Program-made: the position numbers and the translations under genes | The notes under the pieces: model-generated | The model's database searches: none | Told to the model about the DNA's origin: nothing | The model's input: the letters and a program-made list of their open reading frames with translations, nothing else | Origin: Pristiophorus japonicus | Lineage: Eukaryota | Assembly: GCF_044704955.1 (NCBI RefSeq) | Contig: NC_091992.1 | Span: 82,646,001-82,710,000 of the forward strand | Length of the DNA: 64,000 nucleotides | Reading direction: 5' to 3' | Shown: positions 1-10,683 of the stretch, one piece after another | How positions within the stretch are numbered: position 1 is the stretch's first letter | Layout of the letters: every line of letters begins with the position of its first letter

Positions 1-340
1 AGGAGGGTCTTAAAGGAGGAGAAAGAGATGGACGGACAGAAAGCAGATTAGCCATGATCTAATTAAATGGTAGAACAGCCTCGAGGGGCTGAATGGCTTA
101 CTCCTCTTCCTTTGTTCCTATAAAGGCTCGAGTGGACCATAAACACCTGGTTGGGCTGACTGGCCTGTTTCTGTGCTTATATATTCCATGTAATTCTATG
201 TAAAAGATTTAGGGTGGGAATTCCAAAGCATAGGACCTAGGCAGCCGAAGTGGTGGGGTGAAAAGAGTTGTGGTTGTGAAAGAGCTGGTGGACTGGGAGC
301 CAACGTAGGTCAGACAAAAATCATACAATACAACACCAAT

Positions 341-660
341 AACTTGTATTTATATAGCGCCTTTAATGTAGTAAAATATCCCAAGGCGCTTCACAGGATT
401 ATTTTAAGACAAACGAATAAATTTGACATCAAGCCACATAAGAAGAAATTTCAGCAGATGACCAAAAGCTTGTTCAAAGAGATAGGTTTTAAGGAGCGTC
501 TTGAAGGAGGAAAGAGAGGTAGAGAGGCAGAGAGGTTTAGGGAGGGAGTTTCAGAGCTTGGGGCCCAGGCAGCTGAAGGCACGGGCACCAATGGTTGAGC
601 AATTATAATCAAGGATGCTCAAGAGGGCAGAATTTGTGGAGCACAGACATCTCGAAGAGA
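341..660 (-). mobile_element. L2-type LINE 3' fragment
   Basis: Reverse complement of the tail aaggcgctatataaat(g/a)caagtt seen in the L2 copies ending near 35360 and 49585. Confidence 0.7.
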
Positions 661-969
661 TCACAGACATACAGAAGAGAATGTGCAGCATAACTATAGA
701 GTGTACACTGAATAAGTATACAGACTATTAAGTAAGTATAGATACTGCAATTTGTGACTGTGTTTGCTGTGTACTAAACATAGATGATACTGTAGATATA
801 CTGAGTAAATAGACACTGGCAGCTTGAACCATCTGTCTTGGAAGAGGAAAGAAAATGGAGGGTGGGGCTGCAACAGCCAGACATCAAATTTTCAGTTAGA
901 AATCCTAATTGCTAAAGGGTGGGTGTTGCAGCGGGCAAGACACTTTTCTTCACCTCTGGGACTTGTGTT

Positions 970-1176
970 TGTGGTGTATGAAATGATACAATGAACTCTG
1001 TACTGTGAGCCAGTGACCAGGTGTAACCTGGTCAGTCTTTAATGGCTTCCAGAAGTGAAGATACAAAGGTGAAGTTCAGGTTATATACTGGGCTCAGCAC
1101 GAGTGTACCTATGACCCTACGACCTCCGACGGTAGTGCCCCCTGGTGGTGGGCAGATCTTATGTACATACATTACA
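970..1176 (-). repeat. 3' LTR of the Gypsy element
   Basis: Direct repeat of 5206-5394 with TG..CA termini; minus-strand TATATAA and ATTAAA. Confidence 0.93.
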
Positions 1177-4100
1177 TCATTCTTCCCCCCCCCAGTTCTT
1201 GGCACAAGTCCATTTTACAAGTTCAGACGGTCCGGAGCCCTTCACTCCCTGGTTGACCGTCTCAGTACAATCCCAGTGCTTTCCGAATCTCTCACAACTT
1301 GGGGCTGGGCATTGACCACAGTGGGTTCTTCTGATGGTTGGATGTGAGTTGATTGGTCGTCTAAGCTCACGGTGTCTTCGTCAGTGTGTCGTAGCTTGAT
1401 TTGATCAATGTGTTTCCTGCACATCTGCCCATTCTTGAGCTTAACCGTAAACACCCGGTTACCCTCCTTATCCGTAACATTGCCTGGGAGCCACTTGGGC
1501 CTTTGACCATGGTTAAGTACATACACTGGGTCATTTACAGATATGTCGTGTGACACTGCGGCGCTGTGATACTACTGCTGGCATTGTCGTCGGGTTTCGA
1601 CATGATCATTAAGGTCAGGATGGACTAGAGAGAGCCTGGTTTTGAGGCCTCTCTTCATCAATAGTTCCGCAGGCGGGACCCCGATGAGCATGTGTGGCCT
1701 TGTCCTGTAACTGAGCAGTATGCGTGACAAGCGTGTCTGCAAAGAACCATGAGTTACGCGTTTCAGACTCTGCTTGATGGTTTGAACTGCCTGCTCCGCT
1801 TGACCATTGGACGCGGGTTTGAACGGGGCTGACCTCACATGTTTTACGCCATTGCGTTTCATGAACTCTTGAAACTCTAGGCTCATGAAACACAGTGCGT
1901 TGTCGCTGACAATGATGTCTGGCAGACATGTGTGGCAAACATGGCTCTCAGGTTCTCAATGGTGGCAGTGGAAGTGCTGGATGACATGATCACACATTCT
2001 ATCCATTTGGAGTATGCATCCACCACCACAAAAAACATTTACCGAGGAAGGGGTCCACAAAGTCGATGTGGATTCTAGACCAAGGTTTGGATGGCCATGA
2101 ACACAGACTGAGCGGAGCTTCCTTTGCGGCATTGCTCAACTGCATGCAAGTGCTGCACTGATACACGCATGACTCTAAGTCCGAGTCAATGCCAGGCCAC
2201 CAAACATGAGACCTGGCGATGGCCTTCATCATGACAAAACCGGGATGCGTACTATGTAACTCCCATACAAATCTCGCCCTGCCTTTCATGGGCATTACCC
2301 CACAGTAAACAGTTGGACTGAATGGAAAGCTCATCTTTGCGACGGCTGTATGGTTTGGTTTCATCACCCATTTCCTTGGGGATGGTCGACCAGTCCCTAT
2401 TAAGAACACAATGTTTTACAACCAATAGGGTCGGATCCTGGTTGGTCCAGGTCTTAACTTATTAGCAGTGACAGGCGGCCCATCACTTTCAAAGGCATCC
2501 ATGACCATGAGTAGCTCTGCGGGCATTGGCGTTTCCACCTCCGGTGTGAGCAACGGTAATCGGCTCAATGCATCTGCACAGTTGTCGGTGCCTGGTCTAT
2601 GGCGAATGACATAATCATAGGCAGATAATGTCACTGCCCAGCTCTGGATGCAGGATGACTTGTTGGTATTGATACCTTTGTGTTCCGAGAGCAACGATAT
2701 AAGCAGCTTGTGATCGGTTTCCAGCTCGAAGTGAAGCCCAAACAGGTGCATGGTGCATTTGTTTTACCCCTTAAACACATGCTAAAGCCTCTTTCTCTCC
2801 CATGCGTAGGCTCTTTCCTTCTTGGACGGGCTTCGAGCCGCGTATGCAACTGGTTGTAGTTTGCCTGACTCGTTGGCTTGCTGGAGTACGCAGCCGACCC
2901 CATAGGATGACGCATCATAGGTCAAAACTAGACGCTTGCATGGGTCATACAGTACCAACAACTTGTGGGAACACAACAGATTTCTAGCCTTCTCAAGGGC
3001 TCTGTCTTGAAGTTCACCCTACACCCAGTCATCTCCTTTCCTGAGCAGCTTGTGCAAAGGCTCTAATACTGTGCTCAATTTGGGTAAGAAGCTACCGAAG
3101 AAGTTGAAAAGACCCAGGAACGAATGCAGCTCCATCATATTCTAGGGCCTGGGCGCATTTTTGATGGCCTCTGTTTTCGCGTCTGTAGGCCTGATTCCAT
3201 CTGCAGCAATCTTTCATCCAAGGAATTTGACCTCTGGTGCCATGAAAACGCACTTTGAATGTTTCCGCTTGAGTCCCGTTTTGTTCAGACGACGCAGAAC
3301 CTCTTCCAGATTTTGCAGGTGTTTGGCGGTGTCATGACCTATGACTAGGATGTTGTCTTAGAATACCACGGTCCTGGGGACGGATTTCAATAAGCTCTCC
3401 ATTTTTCTCTGAAATATGGCTGCTGCCGAACGAATGCCAAAAGGGCACCTGTTGTAAATAAAGAGTCCTTTGTGCGTGTTGATGCACGTAAGTTTCTTTG
3501 TTGATTCAACCAGTTCCTGTGTCATGTCGGCCGACGTTAGATCCAATTTGGTGAATGATTTTTCCCCGGCTAGCATTGCAAACAGGTCATCAGCTTTCAG
3601 TAGTGGGTACTGATCTTGTTTCGAAACTCGGTTGATCGTGACCTTGTAGTCTCCACAAATCCTGACCGTGCTGTCGCTCTTTAACACCAGAACAATGGGG
3701 CTGGCCCATTCACTAAATTCGACCTGTGAGATGACACCTCGCGTTGTAGCCTGTCCAGTTCGAGCTCGACCTTTTCTCTCATCATGTACGGGACCGCTCT
3801 GGCTTTGAGATGGATAGGCCTTGCGTCTGGGCCTAGGTGAATCTGCACCTTGGCTCCCTTGAAGCTGCCAATTCCCGGTTCAAACAGTGAGGGAAATTTG
3901 CTCAGCACTTGAGCACACAAATCATCATCCGCTGATGACAAAGCTTTGATATTGTACCATTTACATTTTATTTTCTCGAGCCAACTCCTGCCGAATAACG
4001 ATGGGCCGTTGCCCAGGATAATCCATAATGGTAGATCATGAACCGCTCCCTCGTATGACTCTCTTACTGCTGCACTACCGATCACTGGTATGAGCTCTTT

Positions 4101-5205
4101 GGTGTAGGTACGCAACTTTGCATTTATTGGACTCATCTTGGGTCTCTCTGCTTGGTCTCCCACAGCTTTTCGAAAGTCCTGTGACTCATTATCGATTGAT
4201 TCGCACCCGTGTCTAATTGCATGGATACCGGCACGCCGTTTAATTTTACCTCCATCATTATCGGTTGGCTCTTTGTTAGGAATGCAAGTACACTATACAT
4301 TTCCTCCTCGGAGCTCTCAAATTGGCATCGCCAGGTCCACGCTGAATTGATCATCATCCACGTGGTGTGTCGCAGCTCACCCGCAATGCCAACACGTTGA
4401 GCTCGGATTTGCGCCCGATAGCGGGCTTTGAGCAGCTCCCATTCTCAAATTTGCAGTTAAGTAGGCCCTCGATGGAGAACTTTGAGCAGCTCCCGTTCTC
4501 GCATACGCAGTCGAGTAGGCCCTCAATAGCAAACTTTGAGCAGCTTCCGGTCTTACAGATGTAGTCGAGTAGGTCCTGCCATGTGCAGCTCTGCCGGCCG
4601 TGATGCAATTTTGTGTACAGTAATTGCCGTGGAGTTTCTGTTTTGTCGCAATATCTGCTTCGTGCTTTTCTGCGTGGACATGCAAGCCTGGGCGATGGTG
4701 ATGACCTTGCTGAGGTCCGGCGTCTCCGCAGCCAGCAGCTTACTTAAGATCGCCTCGTGGTTGACCCCGATCACAAAAAAGTCACGCAGCATGTCTTCCA
4801 ACACAGGCCCAAATTTTCAAGGCCCTGCAAGACGTCTCAGGTCAGCAACAAATACCACTACGTCCTGGACGAACGTGCGTATAGAAGCGATATCTGGATA
4901 TGAGGATTCCTTCCGTGAGTTTAAGGTGTTCTGGAACTAGAGCACACAGTTCTTTGTAATCCTTTTCTGTAGGAAGAGTAGGTGAGAGCAGATTCTTGAT
5001 GAGTGCATAGATCGTGGGGTCACAGACGGTGAGAAGAACTATACTTGTCTTTGTTTAGGTCATTTGCCACGAAATACTGGTCAAGACGATCTGTGAAATC
5101 TCCCCAATCCTCTCCCTCATTGAATCTCTCAAGAATTCCAACATTACTCGATCATGCTGTGCTCGCCATACTTTTGCATGGGTTCGTATTTGCCTCGTCG
5201 CCAGT

Positions 5206-5394
5206 TGTGATGTATGAAAAGATACAATGAACTCCATACAATGAACTGGTCAGTCTTTAATGGCTTCCAGAAGTGAGGATACAAAGGTGAAGTTCAGGTT
5301 ATATACTGGGCACAGCACGAGTGTACCTGTGATCCTAGGACCTCCGATGGTAGTGCCCCCTGGTGGTGGGCAGACCTTATGTACATACATTACA
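5206..5394 (-). repeat. 5' LTR of the Gypsy element
   Basis: Direct repeat of 970-1176 with a few substitutions and one small rearrangement; adjacent to the PBS. Confidence 0.93.
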
Positions 5395-5949
5395 GTGTTT
5401 CTAGCCCAACCTGTACTGAAAGTTTACCTTGGCTGTTTGGGCCCAATGTAAAATGTGCCTGTGTAATCTCTATTTATTTCTTGGTGGATGCTTCTCCATA
5501 CCACAATACTACTCCTAGTTTGATAATCTTAAAATCTAAAAGAGTTCAAAGTTAGAAGCTGAGAAATATTGTCATGTTCTATGCCTATTGCTACACATAC
5601 AGGTGTACTGCAATTCTGAAATTCAAACATGTCTATATTAATTAAGAAATCCAGTATGAAGGGCCAAGGCCTATCAGTTACCAATGCTGGAAGGAGCAAC
5701 AGAGCAGACAAGATGCCTCGGAAAAAAGTGATTCGGTGGCAGCCGTGATAAGCGTGGGTTGTAAAAGGCTTCTGATTGTAGGAAGAAGACAAGACCAAGG
5801 GAAGTAAGGAGTTCCCACTGTTCTAAGGACTTGGGAAAGAAGGAGTTTGAGTAGGAAACTGTGCAACGAATTTTGATTTTAATGTCAGGAGGAGAAAGAG
5901 GGTGTAGGATGGCATATTAAGAGCTTGGAGAAACAAGAAACATTTGCGA

Positions 5950-7195
5950 ATGGCACTGAACACTGCAATCATCAGCGAACATCTCCATTTCTGACCTTAT
6001 GATAGAGGGAAGGTCATTGATGAATCAGCTGAGGATGGTTGGGTCTACGATATTGCCTTGAAGAATTCCTGCAGCGATGTCCTCGGGCTGAGATAATTGA
6101 CCTCCAACAACCACAACCAACTTCTTCTGTGCTAGGTATGACTCCAGCCAGTGGAGAGCTTACCCCCTGATTTCAATTTTACTAGAGCTCCTTGATGACA
6201 TACTTGGTCAAGTGTTGCCTTGATAGCATGGGCAGTCACTCTCACCTCACCTCTGGAATTCAGCTCTTTTATCCATGTTTGGACCAAAGCTATAATGAGG
6301 TCTTCAGCTGAGTGGTCCTGGTGGAACCCAAACTGAGCATCATTAAGAAGGCTGTTGGTGAGTAAGTGCCACTTGATGGTGCTGTCGACGACACCTTCCA
6401 TCACTTTGCTGATGATTGAAAGTAGACTGATGGGGCCGTAATTGGCTAGATTGGAGTTGTCTTGCTTTTTGTGGACAGGACATACTTGGGTAGTTTTCCA
6501 CATTGTCGGGTAGATGCCACTGTTGTAGCTGTACTGGAACAGGTTAGCTAGAGGCATGGCTAGTTCTGGAACACAAGTCTTCAGCACGACAGCCGGGATG
6601 TTGTTGGAGCCCATAGCCTTTGCTGTATCCAGTACGCTCAGCCGTTTCTTGAAATCACGTGGAGTGAATCTAATTGGTTGAAGACTGGCTTCTGTGAGGG
6701 TAGGGACCTCAGGAGGAGGCTGATATGGATCATCCTCTCGGCACTTCTGGCTGAAGATGGTTGCAAATGCTTTAGCCTTGTCTTTTGTACTTGCGTGCTG
6801 GGCTCCACCATCATTGAGGATGGGGATATACATGGAGCCTCCTCCTCCCACTGGTTGTTTAATTATCCACCATCATTCACAACTGGATGTTGCAGGACTG
6901 CAGAGCTTTGATCTGATCCATGGATTGTGGGATCACTTAGCTCTGTCTATAGCATGCTGCTTCTGCTGTCTAGCATGTTGCCTCCCCAGGTCGGTACCTC
7001 ATTTTTAGGTACGCCTGGTGCTGCTCCTGGCATGCTCTTCTGCCCTCCTCATTGAACCCGGGTTGGTCCCCTGGCTTGATGGTAATGGTAGAGCAAGGGA
7101 TATGCCAGTTGTGCTGGAATATAATTCTGCTGCTACTGATGGCCCACAACGCCTCATGGATGCCCAGTTTTGAGCTGCTAGATGTGTTCTTTTAA
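5950..7195 (-). mobile_element. Non-LTR retrotransposon (LINE) RT fragment, CR1/L2-group
   Basis: ORF 6132-6851 carries LINE RT motifs PVHKK..NYGPISLLSIISKVME and QFGF. Confidence 0.8.
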
Positions 7196-7279
7196 TCAGT
7201 TCCCACCAATTTTACCCTCTCTGTTGCAGGTACTAACTCTTACTGCGGTACTGTACCACAGTTGCTAGATGCCCTCTGT

Positions 7280-7535
7280 TACCTTGCCCCAATGATACCT
7301 TATTCCCGTCTGAACACAATGAATGCCAGCAAGCTGTTTGACCTTGGGTGTGGAGTATTACAATCAAGACCAATCCAAATCTTGACCAACATCCACACAG
7401 TTGCATTTTCAGCAGGGTTACTAAATAGGAGTAAGGAGCAGGAGCCCTGATGAATTTCCCCCTACCTATCTCAGGAGCAATTGTAGCACTCCTAACATCG
7501 CCATAGCTGAGATCAGCTACCTCGGCACAGAACAC
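7280..7535 (-). mobile_element. Highly decayed ancient SINE-like repeat
   Basis: Visible similarity to 29520-29945 and 59940-60130 (cagcaggctatttga..., ctgagatcag...gcac). Confidence 0.45.
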
Positions 7536-9372
7536 TGCCTGACTAACTTGATTGTATTTTTTGAGGAGGTAATAAGGAGGATCAATGAGGGTAGTGCGTT
7601 TGATGTAGTGTATATGGATTTTAGCAAGACTTTTGATAAGGTCCCACATGGCAGACTGGTCACAAAAGTAAAAGCCCATGGGATCCAGGGCAAACTGGCA
7701 AGTTGGATTAAAAAATTGGCTCAGAGGCAGGCTGTTTTCAGTGGGGTTCCACAGGGCTCAGTACTAGGTCCCTTGCTTTTTGTGGTATATATGGATGATT
7801 TAGACTTGAATGTAGGAGGTATATTTAAGAAGTTTGCAGATGATACTAAAATCGGCTGTGTGGTTGATAATGAAGAAGAAAGCTATAGACTGCAGGAAGA
7901 TATGAATGAACTGGTTAGGTGGGCAGAACAGTGGCAAATGGAATTCAATCTGGAGAAGTATGAGGTACTGCATTTGGGGAGGGCTAACATGGCAAGGGAA
8001 TACACATTAAATGGTAGGACACTGAGAAGTGTAGAGGAACAAAGGGACCTTGGAGTGCATGTCCACAGATCGCTGAAGGCAGGCCAGGTAGATAAGGTGG
8101 TTAAGAAGGCATACGGAATACTTGCCTTTATTAGCCAAGGGAGGTTATGCTTGAAGTATATAAAACATCAGAGCAAGGAGATGTCCATGGCCGAATGTTG
8201 CAGACTGGCAGAATCCACAGTCCAGGAGTACGTGCTGAGGAACGCACTAAAGATTGGTGCAGCCACCGCAAAGGCACGATGGGGAAGAGCCACAGTTTAA
8301 GGCCCTTCCGCCATGGTAAACCCAGGGGATGGAATCAGACCCCCCTCGAGCTGTAATTGTTAATCTGCTTGTATACATAGAGCACCATATACTGAAAACC
8401 ACCTGTGTTGTGCCATATATAATGAAAGTCTCTGCACTGTTTAGTAACTTGTAAAGAAATGTAAATGTATCCCCATCCGTTCCGTGTACTGCATTCATCT
8501 GCATAGTGCTACATGTAATGAGATTCGTGATTGGTATTGAAATGTATCCTGGAATGTAATGTAAACCTGTTTTCAGCTGCTCCATGTAATACCCTTATTT
8601 GCACAGTACTACATGTAACGTGATTTACGGATTGTACTAAACTGCACAATTGAAATGAAATGCACGGTAGTGCATTGTATGGAACTGCTGTCAGCATCCA
8701 AATGAATTGTATGGAATTGCTGACCGCAAAGTACTGAGCTATTTTCCAATGTATTGTGAAAATTTTATATGAATAAAGCAGATTTTTGAAAAAAAAATAA
8801 AACGCCAGTTAGGCCACAGCTAGAGTACTGCGTGCAGTTCTGGTCATCACATTACAGGAACGATGTGATTGCACTAGAGAGGGTACAGAGGAGATTTGTG
8901 AGGATGTTGCCTGGACTGGATAATTTTAGCTATGAGGAAAAATTGGATAGGTTGTGTTTGTTTTCTTTGGAACAGAGGAGGCTGAGGGGAGACCTTATTG
9001 ATGTGTATAAAATTATGAGGGGCCTAGATAGAGTGGATAGGAAGGACCTATTTCCCTTAGCCGAGTGGGTCAACAATCAGGAGGCATAGGTTTAAAGTAA
9101 TTGGTAGGAGGTTTAGAGGGGACTTGAGGGGAAATGTCTCCACCCAGAGGGTGGGGGCGTCTGGAACTCACTGCCTGAAAGGGTGGTAGAGGCAAAAACC
9201 CTCAACACATTTAAAAAGTACTTGGATAGGCACTTGAAGAGCTGTGACCTATAGGGCCTCGGACCAAGAGCTGGAAAGTGGGATTAGGCTGGATAGCTCT
9301 TTGTCGGCCGGCGTGGACACGCTGGGCTGAAATGACCTCCTTCCGTGCTGTAAATTTTTTATGATTCTATGA
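7536..9372 (+). mobile_element. 5'-truncated CR1 LINE interrupted by a nested LINE insertion
   Basis: RT motifs GVPQGSVLGP and KFADDTK; C-terminal LEQRRLRGDLI; 3' tail ..atgattctatg. Confidence 0.9.
8167..8796 (+). mobile_element. 3' end of a polyadenylated L1/Tx1-like LINE nested in CR1
   Basis: ORF end ECCRLAESTVQEYVLRNALKIGAATAKARWGRATV*, AT-rich 3'UTR, AATAAA at ~8772, A-tail, and 7-bp TSD ATAAAAC (8160-8166, 8797-8803). Confidence 0.8.
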
Positions 9373-9387
9373 ACACGGATCAAACCT

Positions 9388-9647
9388 ACAAGGATTTTAA
9401 CCCCAGATGGATTCCGTACTCAGTTAAAATTACAATCGAGTCTCAATGATGTCATCGGGCCGCAATATGCATATATAAAGAAGGATCCTGTTGGTTCTGG
9501 GCGCCTGTCCTTGCTGCCTGCTCAGGAGAGCAGGTAAAAATTGCAGATGTTGCGATCATGGCGGCTTGCAGACAGGCAAGAGCCAGGGGGATTTTAACTG
9601 TCCACCCGCCAGTATTCTGCTGAGTGAGTTGGGTTAAAATCGCCCCC
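9388..9647. mobile_element. Degenerate Harbinger-like MITE
   Basis: Imperfect inverted ends gattttaaccc ... gggttaaaatcgccccc. Confidence 0.4.
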
Positions 9648-10130
9648 ACTATTACTCGGAAACATTCTTGATAAACTCACTGACCTATTGGGAAGCCAAG
9701 GGTGATGCATGAAAACTTTCATACCAGCTAGAATAATTACTCATATGAGAAAATTTCAGTCAAAGATAGGAGACCATATAAGCAGATTGTGGTAGTGTAT
9801 TATCTTTCTAATGCAGTGGTTTTAAACTTTACTTTGGGGGGATGGGACTGCAGGTATTGACATATTCCCAAAGATGACCCTCTGTCCTAAATTCTGGCAT
9901 ACAGTGTTTACTTCCAAAAATGAAACAGGGATATGATTACAGAAAATATTTTTTTATTTGTATACAATGACAGAACTAATAGCAAAGAATACTGAAGAAA
10001 TATAGAATAATCTCTGCTGATACTGAGCTTGTGCATGCAAATGGTTGGAATCTGATTATCTCATGTATCTCCTAGGATTCTCTCATAGACCCCCAGGATC
10101 CCATCGACAACCAATGGATTAATTTTTTAA

Positions 10131-10510
10131 AATTTGTTCATTGGATGTGGGTGTCGTTGGCAAGGCCAGCAGTTATTGCCCATCCCTAATTGCCCTTGAG
10201 AAGCTGGTGGTGAGCTGCCTTCTTGAACCGCTGCAGTCCGTGTGGTGAAGGTACTCCCACAGTGCTGTTAGGGAGGAAGTTCCTGGATTTTGACCCAACG
10301 ACGATGAAGGAATGGTGATATATTTCCAAGTCAGAATGTTGTGTGACTTGGAGGGGAACTTTGAGGTGGTGGTGTTCCCATGTGCCTGCTGCCCTTATTC
10401 TTCTAGGTGGTAGAGGTCATGGGTTTTGGGAGGTTGAAGAAGCCTTGACAGTGCACCTTGTAGATGGTACACATCGCAGTCACGATGGTGAGGGAGTGAA
10501 TGTTTAAGGT
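10131..10510 (-). mobile_element. LINE 3' fragment (same tail family as 37865-38130 and 56131-56300)
   Basis: Shared tail gggatgggcaataa(a)tgctggcc...cccacatcc..tgaacaaat. Confidence 0.7.
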
Positions 10511-10683
10511 TTGCTAATGGGGACCTGTACTTGTCAGTGTTTAATGTTGGCAAGATCACGTGATGATTATGGATGAGGAAGGGCATTCATCTCATCTTTA
10601 TTCATCTATTCACTTTTTCTGATGCTTGAGTGTCACCCTTGTGTCTCAGTGATCAGAACTGGGCAGAATACCCAAGGTACAGT

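Larger units (their letters stand above)
970..5394 (-). mobile_element. Full-length, decayed Ty3/Gypsy LTR retrotransposon (gag-PR-RT-RNaseH-IN)
   Basis: TG...CA LTRs at 970-1176 and 5206-5394; 5-bp TSD GTGTT (965-969, 5395-5399); PBS TGGCGACGAGG inside the 5' LTR; purine tract GGGGGGGGAAGAATGA next to the 3' LTR. Frameshifted ORF fragments: zinc knuckle CWHCG, protease LDTGA, RT VRICGDYK/PFG, RNase H DASSYGVG, integrase PWSRIHIDF/SNGQAE. Confidence 0.95.
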
